Positions 38,801 through 50,244 of a stretch of 64,000 nucleotides of DNA are shown here, in pieces. The position numbers and the translations under genes were made by a program. How positions within the stretch are numbered: position 1 is the stretch's first letter; every line of letters starts with the position of its first letter. The notes under the pieces were generated by a model that was not told the DNA's origin, ran no database searches, and worked only from the letters and a program-made list of their open reading frames with translations. The stretch is from Oikopleura dioica (Eukaryota > Animalia > Chordata), in NCBI GenBank assembly GCA_907165135.1, contig OU015566.1, positions 11,284,001-11,348,000 of the forward strand, in the 5' to 3' direction.

Positions 38801-41417
38801 AGGTATTTCGTTCAACATGATTAAAATCGTTAAATTCAGCCGCGTAATAGACTTATCACTCTCGTAAATTATGACATCAAAGGTTTTTAAAAAAATACAC
38901 GTTTAACGGTTAAACCAATTTCAAAGGTACGAATCACGTGCGCCCCGGCAATGTTTCTCCTTTTGGTACACAGGACCAGTTTCACGATTCAAAGATGCGA
39001 ATTCGTAGAACGGCCGGACCCATCAATTATTGTCAAAAAAGCTATGCGCGGCAAAAATTTTTCACGATGTCAATTTTGAAACTGGTAAAAGGGTCGTTTG
39101 GTGACTTGGCGGTGACTTTTCATCCTCAAGATGTTGATGGAAATTATTTGGAGGCAATTCATACTTGCGAAGGTTTGTTTCAATCGGGGAAACAAAATTC
39201 TAAAATAAATGTTATTTGAATTATTTGATTACCGGCTATTATCGTAATCAGACAACTCATGCTTCTATAAAGCTCAATTTTCAAGTGATCCCTGTCCCGA
39301 CGGGCGAGTGGACGTACTTTCAATGTCAACTGGAATTGACCGATCCTGTCATTTACAAAATCGAAGCGGGAGTTCGCAGTGGCCAAAAATTGCAATTAGA
39401 TGATGTTTCTTTAATTGATCGCGAATGCTATCAAGAGCATTTTCAGGTGACTTTATTCAGATCTTTCAAAATCCTTACACGTCGTTTAGTTGAAAAATTT
39501 CACCAGCTGGTTTGGGTCTAATCCATCTTCGGCGTATGTTTACAGCCCTGTTTTGCGCGCTCCAACTGGCCATACATATCAGGTCTAATTTCTAGCGAGC
39601 GCTCCTAATTCTAGTGCTCGAGATGAATTTCATCGTTGATCACGTTTCTTGATCATAATTTGTCGATCATTTTAGGTGAAAATTACGAGAGGTTCTTCAA
39701 GTCTCTCCACAACAGTTTACCTAACTAACGACGCAAATGACGATGCTGACGTTTTTTGGCCTTGGGCTGAGCAGTATGTAAAAATTTATCTGATCGAACA
39801 TCGAAGAATTCCTGTCAAGGTTGTGGTTTTTTATTTCGGGTGGTCAAATTGACTGGGGAAGATAAGGTTTATAATCATGGTTACGATAAATTCGACGAAG
39901 CACTAGGTCAAATCAGTCATTATTTTTCCAGTTCTGGGAAGATTGAGAAATGACCTTCAAGTCGATTGACGTGCGTTTCATAAAACTAAAATAGAATCCG
40001 ATCGCCCGATTGACAGCTAAACCATCTCAAGAACCAAATGAATCACAATTACGTCTGGCTGACTTCTTCCTCAGAAACATCTGCCAATCAAAAACCCACC
40101 TCAGGAGCGGGCTTCTCAAAAAATCTTCTTCAGGCCGAATCCAGAACAAGTTTTTACCTTGAGAGCACTCTCTCAATAAATCTCCTTCAAAAATAACTGA
40201 ACATCTGAGCTCACTTGAACACGCTTATCCAATAATTAAATCAGCCCTCTTCCCGATTCTCCTCGATTCTGAAATGCCAAACCCCAGCTTGTGAAAAAGT
40301 CGTTATTTGAGAAGCCACGTGAACAGAACGGAACCCAAGCCACGTTCTAATCTATTTTTGATGCGCTCCGTTCAATTATTTTCAATTTTTAGGAACGTGC
40401 GATAAAGCGGATATTCGCGCACTTTTGTCTCACATTTTGAGCTTTTCGAACATTATCTTCATAGGGACACTCTGGCGCGGATTTTTAAGCTTTGATTTTT
40501 TTTTTCAAAAAATAATCCCCGTCCGCTTTTTTCTATCAGGGCGGATCTCACTCGAGTTTCAAGATCTCGATAAATACTGAGCTTCAAAATGCTGCCCAGT
40601 TTGATTTGAAAAACGCTTAACTCTGAGAAAATTAATTTCAGGACGTGAAAAATTCTCAGGTGACGGTGCCGGACTTGATTACCCAGCCCAGGTCACCAGT
40701 TAATGCGTATCTCCTAACGACTTCGGCCGAGAACTTGACGAATTTCGTTTATTTGGTTTAGATAAAATAAGCCGCACTTTACAAAACTTGAATGCTTGAA
40801 TGGCAAGAGTAAAGGTGGCAATTTTCTTTTTCTAATTGGAGACCGGATCTCGAAATTCTTTAAAAATCTGCTTTGAAGTTGTTCATGGTGAACATAACAG
40901 ACGTGAGGGATCTCAACATGACTTCAGAAAGGGCTGATCGATTCTAGTGGTTTATTCGGAATGTATCTTACGGTCAACCTAGAGGAAGGCTTAGACGAGT
41001 GCGGAACATGTCCAGGAATCGGCAAGGGCTGCTTGTGGACGGGTGAGTGAGCTTTATCAGCATCGGCTGTCAGATTTTCATTTTTTTAGAGGATGGCTAC
41101 CGGTGCGTTTGTATTGAGCCTTTCGAGGAACAAGAAGGCGCGTTTTCAAAATAAGATATGAAGAAATTGATAAATTGAGGTGAAACCCCGTTGAACTTCT
41201 TTGGCTTTATTTTATTTGTAAACGCGCCGTCAAAGATGGAAGATGCAGATGTCCAGCTGGGTATAATTTCGTTGGCGATAGGCAGTATGCGTCTGATAGA
41301 TGCGTTCATGTTTGCGACGACCCAAATGAAGAGTTCTGTGGGGAAGGAGAAATTTGTGTCCCGCTAGAAAATGGAGCAGAATGTGTTTTATCGGAGAAGA
41401 GCATTTTTGAGTTCTGA
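35850..41417 (+). CDS. Meprin-like astacin metalloprotease: signal, pro, astacin, MAM, MATH/TRAF, EGF-like repeats; 3' end approximate
   Basis: HEFMHGLGINHEQ|TRPDRDDYI (HExxHxxGxxH); PYDFYSIMHY (Met-turn); IGQRRGFS.GD..KINHLYKC; MAM-like GALISP...LQLDDVSLIDREC; MATH-like NFTSWF...YSPVLRAPTGHTYQ...DVFWPWAEQYVKIYL; EGF-like CLWTEDGYRCVC and CRCPAGY. Confidence 0.85.
37059..37987. mobile_element. MULE/Foldback-like non-autonomous element (929 bp) in an intron of the meprin-like gene
   Basis: Perfect 99-bp TIRs (37059-37157 / 37889-37987) starting GGCTAC and built of ~16-17-bp TCCTGGATCGCCC subrepeats; perfect 9-bp TSD TTACTTTCA (37050-37058, 37988-37996). Confidence 0.9.
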
Positions 41418-42613
41418 AAAAAATTGTAAAATTCACGTTGTCTTCGAGTTTCCTCTCTCCTGTCAGATTCATCATTTAGTTCAACGATTAATTTACGCAT
41501 CAAAAGTTATGAATAACAAGTGTTTCTCAGGATCTTCGATCAAAGTCAACGATTATTTTGAATTTCAACAGAACAATTGTTGAGTTTATAATTTGTAATT
41601 GTACGTACGGCTAAATTGCCGAATTTCAAACGTGAGTAGTCCAAAATCTTCAAGTCGAATACACACATCTTATCAGAAAGTGACAGGGAGAAATTAATGC
41701 TCCGAAGCGGAGATTAATAACACGAAATGTATCTTAAAGATTGACATGTGCTGATGAAAATCTGAACTTTTGAAAAGCAACTGCTTTGCATAATCTAAGC
41801 TTGATCTTTGATCAAACTAATCCGACGAATTTCTGGTTAAATGTTCCATGAAGCCGAGTAAAGTACATGTTCACTACTAGCTTAAAAGTTTATCCATTCA
41901 GGAGGGTGTTTATCACGTTTTTCAAATAAGATTGGAACTTTCTTATCGTTTATACTACACTTTTGACACTTGTCTCGGAACTCCTTTTCAAGTGCCAAGT
42001 CTTTTCTGTTTACTCACAGTCAGATACTATTTTGAGTGGGACCAGGGAATTTTTAATTTCTAGCTTCAACTTGAAAGGATATCGTAGCGCAAATGCGTGT
42101 CTGTTTTTCCATGTGGCTTCTTGAGTGCCTGACAGGCGAAAAGTTTTGTTACGTCGGATCGACTGTCAGATACTGGCGGAAAGAAATCAGAGGAAAAACT
42201 GTCTCTAAAACGGATTTTACTAAGCTTAGATTTTGGGGGTCAGAAAGGTGTTAAAACAGAAGCTTGCTCTGATGAATAAATTCGAAGATCAACCCAAGAT
42301 TATGATTTTAAGATTGTTTCTTCGCGCCAGGTTAATCCACTCTCTCCAAGTTTTTTAGATGAGCATTCTAACTAACTTAATTTTTGACAAATTTCACACC
42401 CTTTCTAATGTTGACCGCAGAGAACGAAGTATTTTTTCTGGTTTGAGATTGTTTGTTCGATAAAAACCCTCCTCCGCAAACGTTATTCTTTTCATGACGA
42501 GGACTTTCATGAGCGCTCATTTTTGACCCTCTAGCGCCTGTGCGCGCGGCGCATATAATGCGCCCGGCGCGATCGAAAAATCACTAAGTCTTAGAGTTCT
42601 GTAAAATACAAAA

Positions 42614-43683
42614 ATGAAGCTCGGTTTTTTCTTCACTGCATCAGGTAATATGCAGAGATTATTAATAAAGCACTGTCTAATCTTTCCTTTCAGCATCTGC
42701 GTCTGTAACCTTCACTGCCTTTAAAGAATCCGGCTTTACTAGGCCACAAGCGAAGGCAGACTGCGAAAGTCGAGGCCTCCGACTTGCGAATATTTATTCT
42801 CAAGAAGAACAGGATCTTCTCAACCAAGTCATTACCGACGCTGACGGTTTAGAAAGAGGTTAGTTTCCATTGTACGAAAGTTTTTTAAAGAATTCTTTAG
42901 CTTTCTGGCTCGGCATGACACAAGGAAATGATACCGAGAAAAACACGATCAAAGATATCGACGGAAACGATCTGCGATTCTACGACGGCTGGCGAGAAGA
43001 TCAGCCAAGCAACAAGCTCAACCATCCAAATGACAAGCACACGTCTGGAGAATATGAAGACTGCGTTCGACAGTTCGGACTTGAAGGCTGGAACGACGCT
43101 ATCTGCTCTCGAACTTGGTATGTTTATCGTCAAAGATTCCTCGTTAAAAAGCCTTTCTAGGTCAGGAGCGAAGAAAAACAACATCGCGATGGGCCACATC
43201 TGCGAAGATCGTCCATCTTCTGCCGCTGTTGAAGAGTTAGACTCTCACTTTCAAATTTGGGCAAACACTTTTACCAATGCCAATATTGCCGCTAGATGGG
43301 AAGCAACTAAATTCAGTGGCTTCAGCCTGCGACTCAAGGTAAGAAAAGGATCAAGAAGCACTCCAGTCTAAATGATTTTATGTAGCCTTCGAATATGTTT
43401 AAAAAACTTGTGGAGGTACAATCTTGGCTTCGGCAATTTGATAATATGCTTTTTATAGAGAATCTTGAAGTTGAACTGCGCAGAAAGTGAAGCCTCGATC
43501 GGATCAATGCCAGCAGTTGATACAACTGGTGACGCTCAAGACGAACTTGACAAGATGATCCAGGGTTACAAGGATTTCTTCGCGACATACTTCAGCAATT
43601 GTCGAGGAGGTGTTTTGAACACAAAGCTCAACGAAAAAATTGACAGATGGGCTGCATTATTGTCGGACAAAATTCAAAACTGA
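42614..43683 (+). CDS. Secreted C-type lectin domain protein with an orphan C-terminal helical domain
   Basis: MKLGFFFTAS|ASA; AKADCESRGLRLANIYSQEEQDLL; AFWLGM; GWREDQPSN; EDCVRQ...GWNDAIC; GHICE; final exon LNCAESE...SDKIQN*. Confidence 0.85.
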
Positions 43684-43729
43684 ATCTGTTAAAGTTCACG
43701 TTTTTTATGTATCAAGTGTAAATAAAATA

Positions 43730-44142
43730 CAGTAAAAACCCAAAAATTGGCCGGTTTTCAGATGTAAATTCCCGAAAAAAGCGGCCAAATTTTGGGTTTT
43801 TTGCCGGGTAGCCAAGTTGCCCCTTCAAAAAGCAAAGTTTCGAAATTTTCGAAAATCGGCATGATTTTCACATTTATGATGAATTTTAGTCAATTTGAAG
43901 TCAAAATTTAATTTTTGCTTCTTTAAAGACATTCTTAGGAGAGTTAATTCATTTTAAATGATTAAAACACTCTAAAAAAGCTCAAAATGATCAGAAATAG
44001 AATCATTTGGGCCCAATTCTGATGAAATTTTTTTTATTTTTGAAAAAGCGGCCAAATTTTGGGTTGATTTCAGGTTTCAAAAAAGGCGGATTTATACAAA
44101 AAGCGGCCAAATTTTGGGTGGGCAAATTTTGGGTTTTCACTG
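43730..44142. mobile_element. Tc1/mariner-like MITE (413 bp)
   Basis: TA|CAGTAAAAACCCAAAAATTG ... CAAATTTTGGGTTTTCACTG|TA (18/20 match, TA flanks); three internal copies of AAAAAGCGGCCAAATTTTGGGT (~43776, ~44043, ~44098). Confidence 0.8.
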
Positions 44143-44436
44143 TATACAAAAGCGTTTTAAAATTAGATTTCTATAGGAAGAAAGCTGTGTGCCACAAATT
44201 GTGGCAATAAAGAATGGCAGTGACTTTGAAAAGGCTAAGATACAAAAAGGAAAGGGAAGTAATATATTATAAAAATATAACAAAGGAAAAGCCTTTTTCG
44301 AAAAGGAAAATCGTAAAATTATCCGCGCCAGTAGATAATGTCAAGAGTCTTGACTCAAGACCTCAAATAAAAAAAAAAGAGAATTATTAACTCGCTTTTG
44401 TCGTTCAAGTATTCTGATCAAGTAAATGGACATAAC

Positions 44437-45373
44437 ATGAATGAAGAGAGATCAGTGAAAATAATCGGTGATACTACTCTTCTTCAGGCGAATTTCCATC
44501 AATCTCATATTGCAGTTCGAACAGGACATGAGAGAGTAAAGCTGACTACTTTCGATAGAGATCGACTTCCGAGATATTCGCCGACGAAGTCTGGGCTTGT
44601 AATGCTCCTGGATGAAGTTCAACTTGACTTGCAAGATGCTCATCATAATCTCAAAGCCTTTTCTCACGCTCTCAAGAATGAACATAAGTTCCTTATGTGT
44701 AATGAAGACTCTAGTAAGAGGCTGCAAAATTTGTTCGATGGATTTCGCTACGGAGCATTCATGTTTAAAAACATCACGAAGAACGAGGTCTACTGTGACG
44801 ATGGCGATGCCCCTCTTATTTCGGATGTCTGCTTCAAAAAGCTTTTATAATTTAATACTGACCAAAAACTATTCCAGACCAGAACTGTTCCTGACGACTT
44901 TAACTAGTTTTAAACTGTTGTTAATACAAATCGAACAAAAAATCCTATTTCGTCCTCAATTAGCATCTCAAAAACACTCAAAAAGCTTGACCTAAAACGC
45001 TTCCAGGGCAACAAAGATGAGAGCACTACAGAAACACCCAGCTCGATATTCTCTGTGTCCGTTTTGTAAGTCTACGAAATTAACATGTCTGATCAGTGCG
45101 CAGAGTTCGAGAATCAGCTGAGAGCAGAAAACTGTCCTATAGTTATTGACACGATAAGAAACGTTCTTGAGCTCGGAATCCGTGCTGCTGGATGCCAAAT
45201 TGTAAGTCGCATTTTTTGAAACAGTTTTTGTAATTTTCAAAATAAAACAAATAAAACTTTAGGAGTTCCCACTTCAGTGTTATGAAGACATAGAGGAGAA
45301 TTCCACTGCTTCTAAGCCTGCACTCAATTTTATCTTGATGCTTTTATGCTGCCTCATATTCATGATCAAATAA
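44437..45373 (+). CDS. Unknown protein with a hydrophobic C-terminus (TM or GPI signal); internal splicing only partly resolved
   Basis: 150-codon ORF 44398-44850, then exons EFENQLRAENCP...GCQI|EFPLQCY...ALNFILMLLCCLIFMIK*. Confidence 0.4.
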
Positions 45374-45504
45374 AACCACTGAAAGACCTAGGACCTCCCG
45401 ATCTTCCGATGTTCAGGAGAAATAAGGTGAAATATAATTTATTCAACTGCTGAAGATCAAAGAAAAATGTGATAGAAATATTGAAGAAAATTGAAACGAG
45501 ATTT

Positions 45505-47714
45505 TCAGCTAGACTTTGGAGGAGGCAGAGATAATTTAGAAGGCGGAAATTTAATTTCTGAGGTACTTGGTTTTTCGTCATCGTCGTCGTCGCTCTCCAA
45601 AAGGATGCATTCGATTTCTTTGGCCGTTTTTCCTTCCAACGTTTCTTTGGTCGCGACGGGCGGAGTGTAAGCCGACGTTATAACGCAATCATCGCCACTG
45701 TCGTCATCTTCCGATTCATGATTCGGGTTTTCGTCTGAAGAATCATCAGAGCTCATAGCATCGGCTTTCTGTTTGAGTATCTCTAAAATCTTCTTCATCT
45801 TCTGCTTTTTCTCGTCCAGCACTGCACTAGTGCTTTTCTCTTCAACAATTTCAAAATCATATTCTTCATCACTAGAAATTATATTTAAGTATATATTGAA
45901 ATCCGCTTGCAAACCTTTCAACAGTTACAGTATCGCCAGTGTACGTTCCGACGCCCTCATCGCTCACAAATTCTTTGTGATCCCGAGTAGCTGACCCAAT
46001 CGTCCCATTGCTTTCTTCGCCGCGTGTGTCTGATGTTTCACTTGGCCTGTGATCATTTGTAACCTTCAAAGAAACGTAAGGACATAGTTCATCATCGATT
46101 TTACCTCGACTTCTCGTTCTTTTTCTTTTCTGTCTTTCTCTGTCTCTTTCTCCGTGCCCTCTCTTTTTGCGCTTGCGTTTTTATCTTCACTGGAATCATT
46201 TTTCCGATTCCCTTCATCTTCACTTGAGTCGGATGAGGAGATGACGAAGATGTTGTGCTCTGCGGGTTTTCTAGCGACTTTTCTTCGCTTTCCGAACTGG
46301 ACTCCTGTGTAATTGAGTCCAAGGCTTCCTGCGTAAGTATGTTCTGAATAAAGCTACAGTTAAGTGCAAAACTATAACCCCAAAGGCTCAAACCTCGAGT
46401 TCTTCCTTATCCAGATAAAGATCGTTAACAACTTCTTGTACATCTATTCCTCCGTCAAGGCACTTTTCGAATACTAAAGAATTAGAAAAAATGGTAAAAA
46501 ACCGGGACTTACATCTCTGGGCAGTTTGGATAGCAAATTTAATCTTCGGGAACGATTCAGGTTTATAAACAGCTCGAGCTGTATTCGTCCCATCAAAAGG
46601 CTCCTCTATCCTGATTTTCTTTCCAGTAAAGAGTTGGTTGTCTGGAAACATAAGTCTTTCATCTAAAGCGCTCACTGGCTTCCCAAGTCTGACAGAGATG
46701 ACTTGATTGAAGTCGAATTGATTGTAGTAGTCAAAGAAACCAAAAACAAGTTGACCAACTGTAGCTGTGTTTTGGACTTCCCATTCCTATATAAAGCTTA
46801 ATTCGTGGTCAATTCTCATTCTTTTACCGCTGGATGACGTCGAATACGATGAGGAAGCTCATGAAGAGAGTCGGAGATGTTGATCTCTTCATCTAAGCCT
46901 TGAAGAACTGGAAGAATTGGAGGTGTGCGCGTTTGGAGATAATTGATAAGCATGAGATTGATGCTGTAGCTTGTTAGTGTTCCTTCGGAGGCATCGTTGA
47001 TTGTGAGCTTTTTACAGATTTTCTTTAAAAACATGGCGACAGGTCTGACTCTGGGATCAATTACTCGAGGACCCATTGCACTAGAATTGAGTTAAACAGA
47101 TATTTTTCACGATTTCAAACCTATATGCATTCAACAACCAAGTGTTCCGCAATCCAGTTAGGTTGTTACAGTTTATGTCGATCTGAACGCCTCGAATATT
47201 GAGCCTCAATATCGGGACTTTAGCTGGAATAAGTTCGGCGAAGTCGTTGAATTTTCCGACATTTCTTATCGCTTTGCGGCAGATTTTAAGAGCCTTCATA
47301 GAATCACTTTTGCTGACTTGTTCCTTAATTTCTGTTTAGCTGATTTTGAATTGTACGACTAACAGTATCGTGGTCGATAACCAGACAGATATCGACATCG
47401 GAGTTCTTTGTTCCGAAGCCATTTGAGGTCGATCCCACAATATAACAAGAATAATCATAGCCGGACTGTTGAATACAGTCTTCAACCCAACATCGGATCT
47501 CGTCCTTTTGATTGTAATGTTCCGACATTTGCTGGTGCATTTCGTAGTTGAACTCGATGTATCCACTGAGTGGACATGTTCCAGGAGCAGGGTTGAAACG
47601 AGGCTCATTAAAATTGCGTCTCATTGATTTACCAGGATTCTGTCTACTCTTATTCTGTTGATCGTCATGGCGTGATTTACGCTTTCGATTTCCGCGACTT
47701 GGCATCATGCTCAT
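45505..47714 (-). CDS. TENT2: GLD-2/TENT2-like non-canonical poly(A)/terminal nucleotidyltransferase with a long basic and acidic tail
   Basis: VGSTSNGFGTKNSDVDICL (pol-beta NTase motif); AKVPILR; QIDINCNN..GLRNTWLL; DPRVRP; GTLTSYSINLMLINYLQ..PPILPVLQ; IEEPFDGTNTARAV. Spliced continuation LE|EALDS...KSR|PSETS...VES|DEEY...PKSS*. Confidence 0.8.
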
Positions 47715-47847
47715 ACTTATAAATTTAAATTTTTATTGCAGCACATTTTTTTTCAATAAGTGGCGAGTGTTCAGAATGCAAGATAACTGGAAAGTTGATA
47801 AATGAATTGAACTAAAATTGAACGACATTAAAATTGAGTCAGGGTTT

Positions 47848-49336
47848 TTAAGCTTCCATCTTCACAGGCGCTGCTCCTTCCGCAGCTACTGGATCAGGAG
47901 TTGTTTCTTCATTGTGGACGTAGCATTGTACGGAAGGCTGAACAACGACATCGTTGATGACTTGCATTTCTTCCAAGAGCCCAGTAGAATCTTCAAGCCC
48001 GAAGACTTTTCTGCCGCCACCTTGCATCAAAATTCTAAAGATAGGCTAGAGCGAGCAATAAAAGTGATAAAATACCTGAGAAGAGACTGAGCAGCGCAGC
48101 AAATGTTATCCATTTCTAATTTCGAAAACGAGTTGTGCACCGATCGACCGTCTCGTTCTGCTGGGTCGCGAATGCCAGCCGAGCCAGGGAGGAAAAAGCC
48201 AGAAGAAAGTAGCATGAGGGAGCGTTTCAATGCGCTTGGGACAGGCAAAATACTCTAAATTAAATTGACAATAGGAAAATCGAATAAGATTCTTACCGGA
48301 TTTCCAGCTTCGTCAAAAGTAGACATCGAATAATGCGCCAAAAGTTCAACAGCCCACTGAGACATGCCAAGAAAGCCATTGAAGCGCACTTTGAAATCGG
48401 AAAGGATTCGCGCCAGGAGTCGGATGTTTGGATCAACGCAATTGTCAGCAAACCACTTGGCCCGTTTGCCCATGTCGAAGTTTTTGTACATGAGACGTTT
48501 TTGAAGATGTTCCTCGGCGCTTGTCTTTATTTTGTTGCCAGAGCATGTGATGAAGCAGTTCGCACGAAAGCCAGTCAAAGATTCGACTAAGCGAAAATGA
48601 AATTAGCGCGTGACAGTTATTCAAACCTCTTATACTAGCAGCTTCCTCACTAGAAGTGATTGTATACGTGGCTAAAGCGGAAGCAAGTTTATCAGAAAAC
48701 TCTCCAAATTCGTCGATTTTCATAGGATTTCTCATCGTGATTAGAATTTCAAGTTCTTTGACTCCTAAATTGTCATTTTTCGAAACATTCTATAGTTGAA
48801 CGAACCATCAATAAGGGTTTCATTGGCAAAAGCTCCAACAGTTCTGATATCATCAATAGCTTGTGGTTCTTGCTCGGCTGGAGAATCTGCGTCTGCCTCG
48901 GTTTTGACTTCTAAACCGACATTCAGCTTATTATTTTATGGCCAAACACTTACCCTCTTTCTTAGCTTCGTCATTTTCGGTATAGAAAGAGCCCAAAACT
49001 TCCGTAATTTCCTCATAAACTTTGCTCATTGCCTGCTGATCATCCTCTGCCAACATAATTTTCTTGTTTCTTTCTAAAATCATCTCTCCTACTTGCGAAT
49101 CAAACTAAAAGTGCTTCATCAATCCTGCGTGAGATTTCGTTAGATACCTCGTTGCTTGTAACTTTTGGAAATTGGACTGCACAATGTTCCAGGTCAAATG
49201 GCGAAAAGGGAATAAATACTGAATTGCGTAGTGGACCCTGGAAATGACCTCCTCTTCCACCTCCTCTGCCTCTATTATATGGACTGGGACGACCGGGGTT
49301 TCCTCGCATCATTCCTCGACCGCGACCTCCAGCCAT
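47848..49336 (-). CDS. ILF2: Interleukin enhancer-binding factor 2 (NF45, DZF domain)
   Basis: N-terminal RGG; PFDLEHC...FPKV; RAKWFADN; RILSDFKVRFNGF..MSQWAVELLAHY; LLSSGFFLPGSAGIRDP; ICCAAQSLLR. Confidence 0.92.
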
Positions 49337-50244
49337 AGCGAAATAAACTGAATGATTTTGAGCTATTTTATTAGAAAAAAGAAGAACAAGGGAAAAATCT
49401 GTGACAGGAATAAGGGACTAAGAATAAAGGGTACATGAACTATAACGAGCACAAAGGGTTATTTACAGGGGTATATTTACAAAATTTGTGGGAAATGTCA
49501 CCGACCACTAGGTGGTTTTTTCGATGAAGGTTCCCATTAAAATGGGTCCCCTCCCGAATTAAAACACTTACTATTTTAAATGCCCCAATGGGGCAAGTGC
49601 TTAAAAGATTAAAAAGAAAAAAAAAAGTATATTGCCATAGAGATGGCATTTTTGTCCTAGAGAGGACTCCGTCCATGTCGACTCTTTCAAGAGGACTCTT
49701 TTTCAGGACGTAAAATCTTTTTCAGAATGTTTAAACATTCTCATAGTAATAAAAGAAAGAAAAAAAATATATTTATAGAAGAAAAAACTTCAGTGCCAAG
49801 CGGCGAAAAAGGGCATATTTGGGGCGATATCCTTGGACGACTCCGTCTTTGGATCCCCGCGCCCTGATGATTGTGGAATCTCGTTCATGAGCCACATGCG
49901 ACGCAGACTGCGGAAAAACTATGAAATCTCGCAGATCGAAACGAAGAAAAATATCGGAATAAATCGCAGTTCGCAGTGCGAACTTCGCATCGTACTGTAG
50001 TCCGAAAGTTTTGGAAAACCCACATCCCTAGGGCCAGTGACATTTGTATTTAATATGAAATAAATATGGCGTTATACGCCATATTCCCTTATTGTTAGGG
50101 ACCGATTTCAATCTAAATATATTAATAGTTATTACTGGTTGAACGTGCAAGAATGAATGGGATTCGAAGTACAGAAATTTAGATGAATATGCAAGCCACA
50201 TTTAGGCATTTAATTTTTGCTGGACTAGAGCACTCTAGCGATAT

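Noticed and set aside
49790-49960. Short open frame and TGATGA box-C-like motif between EXOC3 and ILF2
   Set aside because: No matching box D (CTGA) at a suitable distance, no terminal stem and no start codon support.
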